The translations under genes were made by a program, and so were the position numbers. The notes under the pieces were generated by a model. It saw only the letters and a program-made list of their open reading frames with translations, was not told where the DNA came from and did no database searches. A stretch of 64,000 nucleotides of DNA from Syncephalis fuscata S228 (Eukaryota > Fungi > Zoopagomycota), in the NCBI GenBank assembly GCA_025786725.1, contig JAHLTZ010000007.1, forward strand, positions 558,001 through 622,000. The letters run 5' to 3'. Positions 50,954-64,000 of this stretch are shown here, one piece after another (positions within the stretch are counted from its first letter, which is position 1; each line of letters begins with the position of its first letter).

Positions 50954-53473
50954 ATGTTTAATTCGACCAAAAAACCGATTCAGGCTGGACCTGCAATCAA
51001 AAAATATCTCCGCGAGATGTTTCCCATTATTGGCTGGCTACCCCACTATAATCGCCGCTGGCTCTACGGCGATCTTACGGCAGGATTGACCATTGGTGTT
51101 ATGCTGGTGCCCCAAGGCATTGCTTACGCTCGACTGGCCGGACTTCCCGTCGAATACGGTCTATACAGTGCACTGGTTGGTGTAGCCGTTTATGCTATCT
51201 TTGGTACTTCCAAAGACATTAGTGTCGGCCCCACCTCTGTACTAGCCATGTATATCGGCCAAGGTGTTCGTGAAGTGGCCAAGTATCACGGCATTGTACC
51301 CGATAATTCCCACCTAGCTGGATTGGCCAGTGCCATGGCATTGCTAATTGGGTGTATGGTATCGGTAGCAGGCATGCTTCGACTGGGCATTATTATCGAT
51401 TTCATTTCGGCTCCAGTCGTTGTTGGATTCACGTTTGGTGCAGCTGTTGACATTATGGTGGCACAACTGCCCAAGCTATTCGGTATTCCAAATATTAATA
51501 CTAGCCATGCTTCCTACGCCACGTTCTGGGATATGCTTATAAAATTTGGCACCGCCTCGTTGCCTAACTTGGGCGTTGGCATTAGTGCCATCATTATGCT
51601 TGTTTTGCTAAAGATGCTCCGTACCAAACTTGGCCACCGCTCAAGAATCGCCAGCATGATTGGCGGTGCTCGTATCCCTATTGTTGTCGTGTTCTATACT
51701 CTTGTTTCTTTTCTAGTTTCTGTGGCTGGTAATGGTGATGATTCATCGACCGGTCAAAAACATCCACTTAATATTCTACGTAATGTGCCCCGCGGTATCC
51801 CCAAGCCACAAATGCCACCAATCAGCTTCTCTATTATGCAACAACTGTTCCTTGCCTCAATGTTGCCGCTACTTCAAGCCGTTGTCGAACATGTAACAAT
51901 CTCCAAAGCACTTGGTAAGTTGACAATAATACAATAATGCGCTTTTTCTAATAGTATTTCTAGGTCGTATCGGTCACTACCACACAAACAATAGCCAAGA
52001 GTTACTTGCTCTCGGCGCGTCCAATGTTGCCACTTCATTCTTCTCTGGCTTTTGCGGTACAGGTGCTATGACACGCGGTATGATCCTTTCCCAAAGTGGT
52101 GTCCGTTCGCCATTAAGCGGTCTATTTGCTTCGATTATCGTTTGCTGTGCACTTATCTTTTTACCACCTGCATTCTACTATATACCCGATGCCTGTCTAG
52201 CCGCAATTATCGTCACCAGTGTTGTTCATTTAATGCGTGGCCCACAAACATTTATCAAGCTATGGCGTATTAATCGTAAGTTACTGTGTAACGCCTACCT
52301 AATGTCATCTAACCTTTATATTAGCATTGGATTCCGTCAGCTGCTTTGTAGCCTTGATATTCACAGTCATGTTTAATATTGCTGTAAGTTGCACAAAAGT
52401 ATACGTTTTATTACAATTACTAATATCATATTTAGATTGGCATTGGTGCTGCCGTCGGTTTATCTCTTCTCATCATGTTGTATAAAGTTGCTCGTCCCGA
52501 CTGTATTTTCCTGGAACCACGAATTGACAATCCAAACGTCTATGTCGACCCAGCACTACCAGATGTAGTTACCACAGCAGCACCTCGTGGTATTATTGTA
52601 TTTCGTCCTGAAGAAGCGCTTATTTTCCCCAATGCCCATTATATCCGCCAAACTATTCTGCGAGCCATTAGCAAACGATGTGCTTCTGGCCGACCACCCA
52701 TCGATCCTCAAGACGATCTGTGGTGCAATGCCGGCACTCACGATAAATCAAAAGCCACTAGTACGGCCGTTAGCAGCACCGATGACCAATCGTCCATTTG
52801 GCAACGTGTTTTCCGTCGTCGTTCTCCCGCCAACAATGGTATTGGAAACCAGTTGGAAATTCGTACCGTCACTTTCCAACCAGATCTTTCTCACAATGGT
52901 CATGATGATGATATGGATAAAGCTAAAATGACGGGCAAGACCGAACCTACTGACCTGCCAGCTATCCGTGCCCTGATCATTGATTGTGCCGCCATGAGCA
53001 ATATCGATGCTAGCGGATTACAAATGCTTCTAGACATCAAATCTGAACTTATTGACTTTGCCGGTGGACCGGATCAGCCATTTGAAATGCACTTTGTAGG
53101 TGTTAAGCGCCAAGTACTTGGCGTACTGGAACATTCTGGCATCACCGGCACTGTTGTTCCAGTCATGGAAGACTACGAAGATGTGGCATCAGCCCAATTG
53201 AATCGTACTAGCATTGCTGGTCATCAAACACTAGGCATCGATGGTACTCCACGTAATCTAGAAGGACAAAGCATAACTACAGGCAGTATACACCCAGCCA
53301 ATCGTCATAGCCATTCTGTACGCAACTCCATTAGTCCTATGATGGGCGTACCACTCGTGGATGAGCGACATCGCTTTGTGCATTACAGTGTAGCTGAGCT
53401 GTCCGTGCCGTACTTTCTTCCAAAAATACTTGTCCCACAAAACATTAAATCAAACATTAAATCACAACATTAA
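50954..53473 (+). CDS. SulP/SLC26 sulfate/anion permease with STAS domain
   Basis: GDLTAGLTIGVMLVPQGIAYARLAGLPVEYGLYS, FGTSKDISVGPT, NSQELLALG, SGVRSPLSG, STAS motifs FRPEEALIFPNA and IIDCAAMSNIDASG. Three introns. Confidence 0.95.
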
Positions 53474-53583
53474 CCATTTGAAAATAAATACACACCATTG
53501 CCATAACTATCAGCATCATTACACTATTAATATTAATATTATTGTCGTTTTAACTATTTTATACGAAAATAAACAAAATACAA

Positions 53584-54948
53584 TCATACTTTTAGCTGTA
53601 AACGATAATGCTCTAAACTACACGCCAGCCATTGTTGTTTTGGGTGTTTATATTTACGAGGTGCATGGCAGCCAGGCGCAGTACAATTGGGAATGGCTAC
53701 TGGATAACTATTTAATAAATACAAGTTAATTAGCTAATTAACTGGCACTCTTCATAATAAACCTACCTAGTATGTTGACTAGTACCAGGAAATACTACAC
53801 CAGGCGGTAATGAAAGTGTTGCACCTTTATTATTAGTAACATAATGTATTTGTGTTGGTATCGGTAAATCAACCAGATCTTCATCTGCACCCGTCTAATA
53901 CAGATATGTTTATTAAATGACAATTTCATATTTATTCCAATTGCACTTACTTCATCATCTTCACCTTTCTTATTCTTACGCGCCGATGGCTTCTTTAACA
54001 GCTTATCGATCGTTTCTCGCTAATCAATAGATAGTTATTAATAAACATTAGTATAATTAAATCTAATAATCCAACGTACATGAATATCCTCTAGCTTCTT
54101 TTTACGCTGTTGTTCACGCTTCCTTAATACCTCAGTGCGTCGTAGTGCCACTTCTTCCTGGGTCAATTTACGCTTTTTCGTCTCTATAAACACCAATTAG
54201 TATAGTTTAATTATACGGTGTAGAATGAATATTTACCAACTGGCAATTCCATCAAATCTTCTTGATCTTCCTCCAGATATTTTGCCCGTTGACGCTTCGT
54301 CATTGATGAAAGATCATTTCGCTGTGGCGTATATTCTTCTTCACTGCCACTAATATTGATGTATTAATACAATTAATTATTACAACTAAACAATAACCTA
54401 CCTTAATTCTGCCAGCTCTTCAGCAGTGAATAAAGAGAAATCACTTTCATTGCCAATAGCCGCTTCTTGTGCCCTCTTTTCTATATCCATTGACTATTAT
54501 TTAATCAACTCTAATTAACAAGTAGTCATAGCTTACCATTAGCTATTCTTCTAGAATTGGCAACTCGTTCCATAGCTGATCTTTTCAACGAGGTTGGTTG
54601 CTGTATGTAACGCGTATTACGTGCCTTCGTTCTTTGTTGTTCAACAATCCTACTACTACGACCTGTCCTTCTACTACTCGACTGAATTTCAATATCCTCG
54701 TCTTCGTCCTCCTCCTCCTCCTCTTCGTCTTCCTCCTCATCCATTGTATCTATCGTCATAGAGTCCTCGATATCATCCTGATCATACGGTGTATTATCCA
54801 TCGATAACAAGGAAGCTTGTGTATCATCGTCAAAATCGTTGTCATCATCGTCAATATCTACATGATCTTCACTGGCCGGTGTGCCTACTACATCATTGTC
54901 ACTATCAGCTGTAAATACTTCACGATTAATGCGCTGTCGCATATTCAT
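53584..54948 (-). CDS. IES2: INO80 complex subunit B / Ies2 (PAPA-1 region plus HIT-type zinc finger)
   Basis: Acidic N-terminus, MTKRQRAK, LMELP, LTQEEVALRRTEVLRKRE, ETIDKLLKK. The last exon encodes CTAPGCHAPRKY...ACSLEHYR, which needs one frameshift. Confidence 0.8.
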
Positions 54949-55110
54949 AGCCTATTGAATAGAAGAACCAAGTGACAACACCAATAATACGCAATGTTAT
55001 TTGTAATAGCAAGAGGAATAAATTTGCTATATTGATTCGTTACCACTTTGTATATTTAATAGTCTGCTCTTCTTTTTGTTTATCGTTTCTATTAACAAAT
55101 ACGTATACGT

Positions 55111-55132
55111 ACACACACACACACACACACAC
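55111..55132. repeat. (AC)11 microsatellite
   Basis: Directly visible just upstream of the DPM3 ATG. Confidence 0.9.
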
Positions 55133-55137
55133 TCAAT

Positions 55138-55413
55138 ATGACCAAAGCAGGAGAAGCCTTCACTGTTCTTACACTCTTTACGAGTCTATGGGCTTCTTTA
55201 TTCTACGTGCAACTTCCTGTAGATCCAAAGATTCAGTCTCAAATTGTCCCATGTCTACCACTGTTGGCTATTGTATGGTTTGGTGCCTATTCATTAGGAT
55301 CAGTCGGTTGGAGTCTGATGACGTTCCCTGAATGCAGTGGTGCCTATGAGGAGCTTATGGGCGAGATTGCCGAGGCAAAAGCTGAACTACGCGGCAAAGT
55401 GGATTTATCCTAA
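55138..55413 (+). CDS. DPM3: Dolichol-phosphate mannosyltransferase subunit 3
   Basis: 91 aa, MTKA start, two TM segments, FGAYSL, TFPEC..AYEEL..EI.EAKAELR. Confidence 0.92.
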   Translation: MTKAGEAFTVLTLFTSLWASLFYVQLPVDPKIQSQIVPCLPLLAIVWFGAYSLGSVGWSLMTFPECSGAYEELMGEIAEAKAELRGKVDLS

Positions 55414-55715
55414 ATAGCAACATATACTGGTGTCTGTGATTTGTTAACATCGATAGTTCAATAGTAAAAGCGTTAAATACGCCGTTTAACATTGACATTA
55501 ATAAATTAAATGGCACATCAATTGTTAATACATTGGCTATCAATCGGTTATTAATCAGTAATAGGTAATTTAAATGATTTATTACAACAAACGTATCTAT
55601 AACTACTACTAGATACTAAACATAGTCTGGAATAAATATTCCAATGTATTACTAAAGTAAAATATATCATATAAGCGCGTAACACTATAGTAATCATCAT
55701 CATCATCATCATAGA

Positions 55716-56402
55716 TTAACAAATCCATTTTAAACAACAGCATAAACAAGCACCTAATGCACTATAGATCAAATAGAAACATCATTAGATGTTAGATGTT
55801 AGATATTAATATTTGTATCCTAGTAACCTACACTCCATATAACATATCATTATCCTTTCCTCCTTGTTGAGGTGGAGGTGCGCCATAAGCTATATAATAA
55901 TAGCATAATAAAATATAGATATACAAATTAGTCATATATCATTAAATACTACTAGTATTTAGTTACCAGCGCCTGGAGGTGGAGGAGCACCATAGCCATA
56001 GGATTGTGGTGGTGGAGGTCCTTGTCCTGGATAATAGGCCTGTCCTGGTGGTGGAGGGGCACTATAACCTGAACCATATCCATAGTTTTGCTTATTATGA
56101 GGATTATTGGCTGGTGGACCACCTCCACCAAAGAATGAAGCATTTTCACCTGCAGATGACTGCTGTGGTTGCTGCTGTTGTTGTTGTAGTGGTGGTGGTT
56201 GTGTTTGATAACCAGTACCATAAGTCATAGGTGGTTGACTGCTATAGCCCATACTGCCACCACTATATTGTTGAGGTGCGGCCGGTGGAGGTGCTTGATG
56301 ACTACTGCTAGTGCTACTGTAAGCAGGTGGTGGAGGTCCCGTGTAGTAGTCATTTCCTTTATCTGAACGTCCACCATACGCAGTGGGATCGGGCATAGAC
56401 AT
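55716..56402 (-). CDS. CYSTM-type Pro/Gln/Gly/Tyr-rich tail-anchored protein (3 exons)
   Basis: PPPQ/YG-rich body; spliced C-terminus ...DMLYGVALGACLCCCLKWIC*. Confidence 0.8.
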
Positions 56403-57542
56403 GATGAGTCGTTGTCGTTTATAAGGCTATAAAGTTGTTGTTGTTATTATTGGTATTAAAGAATCGACGAAAAAAAGGCAAAGCAGGAAAACAAAGAAAT
56501 ACTGAAAGTGGATAAGTGAGAGTGAGTGAATGAGTGAATGAGTGAATAAGTGTAGGCGTGTGTAATTAGTATGAGTAGGAGGATTAAGGATTATTTGGTG
56601 TGTGGATGTGTGTGAGTGTGGGTGTGCACGAGACAGTTCTATTCACTTCAAGGCCATCGGAGAAATTCTATGGTGGATTATGCCAAGAAGTGGTCTTTCA
56701 AACAAAGCCCATTGCGATATGGTTAATGGTAGTAGCTACAACATGATTTGTGTTATAAATACATATGTCGTCATTAATACTATGCTGGTTATAATAGATA
56801 GGATCAATCCATCATCTATAATTAACTATACTGGACTGCAATGTAATACAAACATTTATAACCAAATAGATCACTATCTCTTTATCGCTTTATCTTTTTA
56901 TCTAGCTAATCATATACTAGATATGCTACTACTACTACTACTATTACTATTACTATATTACTAGTAACCATATTATTATTAATAATAAAATAGTCTAACC
57001 ATAGTTCAAGTAAATCATTTCTATTGCGGGTCGGATAAATTACTAAGATTCTCACAGTTCAAAGGCAATAAACATCCGCTTATTCCGTTCTCCGTATTAT
57101 CAATATATCTCTAATATTGACGGCCTACTGTCCTTCATATGTGCATAATAATACATTGATATAAGCACATGGTCTACAGCTCATTTATAAGCTCCGATAC
57201 CATTGGGTTAAAAGCGGCTCATCCTCGTGTGCATCCTATCTGTTTATCATTCTTTTACCTATACTGGATTTTCTTCATTTTTGGCTATTCGGTCTGTTGC
57301 GTTAAGGTGGTAGGCGGATATCTATAACTATCTATATAAATATCTATATCTCTCTCTCTAATATGGATAGACCCATTCTCCTTTTTACACACCCACGGCC
57401 TTGTGCTTTTTTATCTATTGTTTTCATTTTATTCTCTTTAGCTTGGAATTACTTGGCTTTTTGTCTGTTTAGTCTATTGCTATATACCGTTGCTCTTTAG
57501 CCTTTTACTGTTACTGTTACTGTTATTACTACCACTACTACT

Positions 57543-58107
57543 ATGGCCGACCCTAAGCAAAACGGAGAGAATACAACGACCGCGGTTATGGTGGCTATCC
57601 ACAGCAAGGATATGGTGGCTATCCTCAACAGCCAGCGATGGCTTATGGCCAACCACCGCCACAGGGCTATTACAATCAGGGGCCACCACCACCACAGCCA
57701 GGTATGCATCATATATAACTACACTGACCACCATTTATATTAATCTATTACTATTACCATCGCTATTGTTTATTAATATACTAGGTTATGGTCAGCCGTA
57801 TGGTGGAGGTAAGCAAATATTTGTTTTGATGATCGATTTACTGATGGTTTTGTGGTTGTTGATGCACGTTGTTATGCTGTACAGGTTATGCGCAGCCGCC
57901 GCCTCAAGTGATTGTGCAACAGCCGCCCCCTCAGAAAAATGACGGTCTCTGCCTTGGATGGTAAGGATAGCAGCAGTGATATGGCAGATAAAATGCTACT
58001 CGCTGTCTAGAGACTATTAAATGAACGAACCAACCAACTAACTATTGTACTTGTATTATAGTGCATTGGGTGCCTGTCTATGCTGTTGTTGTGAATGGTG
58101 TTGTTAA
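57543..58107 (+). CDS. CYSTM-type protein, divergent paralog (4 exons)
   Basis: GYPQQGYG/PPPQ-rich body, QVIVQQPP, and C-terminus GLCLGCALGACLCCCCEWCC*. One frameshift near 57568. Confidence 0.8.
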
Positions 58108-59866
58108 AGATCAGTCATTCGATGACATCTTTAACCTGCTATAACTATTACTATATGATTTACGTTTATTGGAAACAATAGTGATGGACGTTTAATTACA
58201 TTTTAGCTATTTTTTAATTAAAACTTTTTTGTTGTTTTATTAAAATATCAAATATTTTAAATGTATCATTTTACAATTTATACTAATATGCATCAATATG
58301 TATCATTGATTTACTCATTTATATACATAGTTCTATTTATATATTTATACGTAGATACACATATACATATATTGACCTGTGCATCTATTCTTATTAGCTG
58401 TCTGCTCCTATGTCTCGTCTATTTGTCCATTATTGTTATTCATCTGGTCATTTAATTGTCTGTTCGTTGATTTGTCTATTGATTCAACTATTGGTGACAT
58501 GGCTGGACCAATCCATTGTAGTCATTCAGGATACCACGTGGTAATGGACATGCAACTCTACATTTGTACAAACTGTTGGCCATACTAACTATTTATCTAT
58601 TTATCTATTTATCTATTTATATATAGATAGACAGATAGACAGAAATAAGCGCTAATGGTTGTCCGGTTATCGTTTATTGTTTCTCTACTTGGCGCTTATC
58701 AATTTAGTTGTTGAATATCATTGTGTGTCCCTTTGCTATACTGCTTATCTCCTTTTGTACATACTACTGCTATATTACACATTGACATATCCTCGAGATA
58801 ATATCCTTGGTAAGTAGGGGGATAGACTATTGTTGTACATGGTTTGTCGAAACATCATCGTCGTTTTTCCATTGAAACCAGCTGATCCGTGTTTCAGTAA
58901 CGTGCGGTGTGGTCAACTGCTTTATTAGCACATTTGAATTCATTTCTCCTTTATTGGACTAATTGAATCGAGATGTGGATAATTACCGCCTCTAAACGGA
59001 TATACTTATTTGGTTACTGGCATCATTAGACACTTTTGATTGTCTTTCATAACGCTAGTAGTACTCGCTATTGCTATTGCGGTTCTTATTATCATTAGCA
59101 TTATTATTACTATATTAGTACTAGTTATTTATGCTATTATGGTAACAACAATAACAACAACTAGTCCACGTCAGTCGATTGATTTATGTCACGGACATGT
59201 TAAAACCAACCACACCTGAAACACACATTGCTGCACTTTTCTTTCATAGTTTTCTGGATAAGTCGGTGCTACTTGTTTTATTTAACACAGTATTGGATTA
59301 TGACCATCTCATCCCGCTTCTTCCCCAACGGAATCCCCTTTCTTTTCTAAATTATCTGGCGTGCCATAGTTTAGTACATACTTATCGGCCAAGTCTTGCA
59401 ATACTCATCAGTTATAAGTAGTTGTAGTTGTAGTGTAGCCACAGGTAAGATGACGGGTAAAGCGATGACTGTAGTAAATACCGTTTATATATTGCTATGG
59501 ACTGTATCAAAGGCGTGCCTTTAATCTGTAAATGAATAGTAAATGACGATGTGCTAGCGTGTTTATAGTTAATATACTGGCTATGCGTGAATAATAGGAA
59601 TAATATGGATGTTAATAATGTAGTATACTGACACTATTTAAAAGTTTTTCCTTTGGTTTAGTCGTGTTATTCTGCCGGTCACAGTTTGTCGTGACCGCTC
59701 CTCATTCATATCATTTCCATTGCTTTAAAAGATTAGCATATTTTATAAACACTTTCAGTGTGGTAAGTGTAGTTTAGTATAATTTATTAATATATTTATT
59801 AATATATTTACCAAATAATATTTATATTTATATTCAAGGCTTATTATTGCTATTTGCACTTTAGTC

Positions 59867-62800
59867 ATGACAGATGTAGCCATGGCCACATCAGCTATGT
59901 CTAATTTACAACTGCCATCGACTGAGGATTGTACACTTAATGGCGGTAGCACAAGTGATCTATCCGATACAGAATATGCATATGCCAATGAAATACACGC
60001 GGTAGAAGATGCATGTATGATTGGACTCAACGAATCAGATGAACCTGGTATATATCCACGTGAACAATTATATGAAGAAGATGAAGACGAAGACGAAGAC
60101 GAATATGAAGAGAGATTAAGTGATAGAGATTCAAGTGTAGATACGGATAGAAATACATCTTGCCGTTCAATAGTAATATCTCCACTAAGCACTGAAAGTA
60201 ATGGAAAGCCATCAGCTTTAAGCTTAGAAAATATAAATGAATCATCGAAACAAGATGACGGCTCAGACTGTCTAAGTCCATCCTCGTGCGGCGGGCCAAT
60301 AGTGTAAGCGTAACTAGACGGGAACGATATCAACGTACCAGTTCAATTTCATCCATTGCATCAATTACATCGGTATTTTCAATTAATACCGAAGCATTAA
60401 TGCAAGATATGGAACAATTAAATGAACAACTAAGCAGTAATGTCGACTCTAATCTACTAACAAGTCGACTAGAACAACGTCAGCATCAATCATCTAAACC
60501 ATTGCCGCAGCCGCCTGTATCTAGTGCAAGACTGCCATTAGATGCACCTCCACTAGGGATAACCAGACGATTATCGGCGGCACCCATTAAATTGAGTCTT
60601 GAATTGGCTGGCAAAGGTGAAGCTGCATTAGTACGCGATATTGGTAAAAACCAGACCCGTCTTATGAGAAGAAGTACTACAGGTGGCTATAATACACGTA
60701 GACCACCACCACCACCACGAACTGCATCCCGACAAATGAATGCACCTCCAACTGTACCTAGACATCATGGATTAGTACGTACTTCATCATTAGCTATACA
60801 TAGTGAAGTTGATGCTGAAACACCAACATCACCCACAATAACACAACAACAGCCGAATCAACGACAACAGAAGTAGATATGAAATTAAAAGCGATTCAAC
60901 GGATACAATTACCCAACGAATCAACAGAATCAGCAATACTACACAAGCTGAATCTAATGAGTTTACAATGATTAATAATGGTAATGGTACCATTGAACCA
61001 GTTGCCCCTATGAATGTTGTAAGTTATGTTGGTGATTTGATGAGTCGAGGATTTGGACGATTTCGTACTTTTGGTATGAGTGCACCCACCACTGAAACAA
61101 CAACTACAGCATCAACATCAATCAGTGACCATTTGTCAACTACCGATCATTATAGTCACGATGAAGATGCCGTTATGGTCATGTCAGAAAGTGATAGTCT
61201 AGATGACGATGAAGATGACGATGGTCATCCTATTTATTATCGAAGTGCAAATAAGCCGCGTACTGTCTCATTATTTGAATGGAACCCGAGTAAAGATGAT
61301 CAAGATACAAATAGTATTCACATACCCGGATCTCGTCAACGACATTCTAGAAGACGAAGACGGCACCATCGTTTAAATGACTCTACAGCTCATGACGATA
61401 ATGATGACAACGATGACGACGACGATGATGATGATGCACGTTCAATTAAATCTATTCGATCAGTAAGGCCAAGACGAAAGAATCACTCACGACGAGGCCG
61501 TCCGCCAGTAACGCCATTGCCTATGCCATCTACGTCAATGCCTACAGTAACTCAAATGCGCCAACGGCATTCGTCTCGTCATTCTGTATCTTCGTCATCT
61601 TCTATTGAACTATCAATTACTGATACAGATATTGAACATTTAAGTGGTGATCCTAGTTCTACAAGTGAATTGGATTCGCCCACTTTGGTAGAAGGACCAA
61701 CAATATCCACAATGAATATTGATATGGCTGGTACTAGTAGTCCTAGTGAATTAATTATAAATACGAATATTATAAAGACTACACAGCCACACGCCCCACA
61801 TCGACCATCGGCCCTTCGATCAAGTGAAACTACCAATCAGGAGGAACACACTAGTGAATGCGAATTATCAGAAGAACAAATGACTAAAGTTTTATTAGAA
61901 CGATTGGAACAGCAAAATAAACAGCTAACGAGTGATCCAAAAGCGGCAGTCAAACTACAAACGGCAACTAGTCCCACGTCACCCACACCTCAACGTGTAT
62001 CCAGCGTGAACGATCTACGAGCGCCTAAACGGAAATCATCGATGATGAGCACACCTTTGGCGGTGGTGGGTGCGGTTATACGCCGTACAAGTTCAGCTTT
62101 GCCCCTGGCCCCTATTAATACCAATGTTAATCCAACAGCAACAGCTATTAAATCGCCCTCCTCTCCATTGGCCTCACCAAGTAGTTTTAATAGCAGTATG
62201 CAACGGAAGGTATCGATTAAACGAGTGGCCGACCCATTCTGCATTGATCCATCGGAACTGAAGTTTTTTTCAATCGATGATAATACATCGGATGCCGAGT
62301 CAGCTTTATTCGCTACACCGGGCCTACCTGATGCGGCATTTTGGCGTGCCGTCACACGTTCCTATCCATTAGTGGCGCGTCGAACACCGCATTTACTAGC
62401 GAGTCGATTACGACAAGGTGTGCCGCCACCATTACGTGGTCGTGTTTGGCGGTCGTTGACTCGATCGGCCGCTACGCATTTAGCACCTGTTTATCCGAAA
62501 TTGCTAGCAGAACGATCGCCATTTGATAAAATTATTATACGTGATTTAGCTCGTACTTTTCCGGGTGTGCCTATGTTCCGCGAGGCCGGCGGTAAAGGTC
62601 AGCGGGCACTAGGCCGTCTATTACGAGCCTATGCTATTTATGATGCAGAGGTCGGCTACTGTCAAGGCTTAGGCTTTTTAGCCGGTCCTCTACTAATGAA
62701 CATGCCTGAAGTCGATGCCTTTTGTACGTTTGTGCGTCTACTTGATTCATTTAATCTACGTACGATGTTTACACCAACGATGAGTGGACTGCATTTACGA

Positions 62801-63348
62801 TTACATCAACTAAGTCGACTTATTGAAATGCATCTGCCGGCCATTTATGCCCACCTTAACGAACATGCTATTCCTACACCACTTTTCGGTTCACAATGGT
62901 TCCTTACTCTGTTTGCCTACAATTATCCATTACCATTCGTGCTACGTGTATGGGATGTAGCAATGGCCGAGGGTGTAGCGGAAACGGTACTGCGCGTGGG
63001 ACTTGCTTTATTAGAGCGTAATTATCGTCGACTTATGCGCTGTAACGATTTTGAAAGTCTAGTTCGTATGCTTACTCGAGGTTTATGGCACGTTGAGTCT
63101 ACTGTAACGTCGCCTTCGTCAGATACTGCTATTACTGTCGATGTTAATGTTACGACGTCAACGGCGACATTAGAAGCCAATGGAAGCGAAGAAGAAGCAT
63201 TTATGCTACGTGAAGTTAATGAGATTATGTTGAAGCAGTTGGCTGGGGCAAAGTAGTGACGCCTGAGACACTGGAAGCATTGAAAGAAGAATGGGAGCGC
63301 GACCACTTATCTCCCGTACAAACACCAACTAAAGAACAACGACGCTAA
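59867..63348 (+). CDS. TBC-domain Rab GTPase-activating protein (Gyp5/EVI5-like) with long disordered N-terminus
   Basis: QGVPPPLRGRVW, IIRDLARTFP (Arg finger), GYCQG (Gln finger), QWFLTLF, LRVWD. ORFs 59867-60307, 60286-60876 and 60968-63256 are joined by apparent frameshifts. Confidence 0.88.
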
Positions 63349-63671
63349 TATAATATTGCCATCTTCTTATGTTATGTTGAATCTATTTACTTTGTCTTTT
63401 TCTTGTTTTGGGTGGGTATGTGTGTGTGTTTGGTGTTATTAACACAATTAATAAATTTATTAATTCATTAGTAAAATGTAAAACATAATTAATTAATTAA
63501 TTTTATAAATGACGCTATTGAAACAGTTAAGCCAACTATAGCTTAGTGACACTTCTTTTTTCTTTTCTGTTCTCTACTTACACCACTATACTCTGTGTAA
63601 GTTTTATTACTGCATAGCTCAACTATGGCTATACTAATTAATGGCTATTTACTTGATAAATATAGTAAACT

Positions 63672-64000
63672 ATGTCTTTTTTTACACGCGCCGCGCAAGC
63701 AACAACTCAGGTAAACTAGTATAGATATGAATATAAAAGCATTTATGCTAACAATTCTATTGTATTAGCGTTATTATACAACGCGAGCAGTTGGTTTGGC
63801 AGTTGCTGGCGTGTCGACAACATTAGCCACATCTTATGCGTTAAACCGTTCGGTTTATGCGCAAGGTCGTGAGGAAAAGGTAGGTGTTCAAATCAGAGCG
63901 GATCTATAGAAGGCATGACGTACTTATGCAAACACGGTATAGTTGGGCATTTATGATGAGCCAGTGGCCACCAATGTTGATCAGGAGCCCTCTCCAAGTC
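63672..64000 (+). CDS. 5' part of a mitochondrial protein, possibly MICOS Mic26/Mic27 (ApoO-like); runs off the window
   Basis: Spliced reading MSFFTRAAQATTQ|RYYTTRAVGLAVAGV...VYAQGREEK|LGIYDEP...; targeting-peptide-like start, and KLxIYDEP resembles fungal Mic26/27. Confidence 0.45.

Noticed and set aside
56515-58640. Short simple repeats (GAGT/GAAT near 56515-56550, CTA near 56926-56950, CTATTTAT near 58590-58620)
   Set aside because: Ordinary microsatellites; not telomeric and no higher-order structure.
1850-63256. Programmed ribosomal frameshifting or mass pseudogenisation
   Set aside because: The breaks I could trace are mostly single missing bases in homopolymers across unrelated housekeeping genes, with intact catalytic motifs and no shared slippery site. 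Sequencing error is more parsimonious.
1-64000. Prokaryotic-type systems (CRISPR arrays, operons, defence islands), rRNA and tRNA genes
   Set aside because: The sequence is intron-rich eukaryotic DNA. No repeat-spacer array, rRNA-like tract or cloverleaf was recognised.

Overview
Eukaryotic (fungal) genomic DNA with many short AT-rich GT-AG introns (about 45-110 nt). Gene content and intron style suggest an early-diverging fungus, possibly Zoopagomycota such as Syncephalis; this is inference. About 23 protein genes can be supported: two tandem 7TM-RGS receptors, three alpha-arrestins, a possible small secreted Cys-rich peptide, guanine deaminase, an SCFD2-like Sec1 protein next to syntaxin-18/Ufe1, a PPR protein, glycogenin, two tandem SDRs, an Est1/SMG7-like NMD factor, two tandem 7TM proteins with a Tyr-heptad tail, a SulP/SLC26 permease, INO80B/Ies2, DPM3, two divergent CYSTM genes, a TBC Rab-GAP and the start of a MICOS-like gene. 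Many genes contain frameshifts; several traced cases are single-base deletions in homopolymers, most likely long-read assembly errors. Non-coding highlights: a ~260-nt minus-strand structured RNA candidate (20.7-21.0 kb), ~670-bp near-identical inverted repeats bracketing the SMG7-like gene, further MITE-like inverted repeats, a gene-conversion-like tract and a micro-inversion between the duplicated 7TM genes, and a possible decayed Crypton element. No rRNA, tRNA or CRISPR was recognised. All family calls come from motif recognition by eye, not from database searches.
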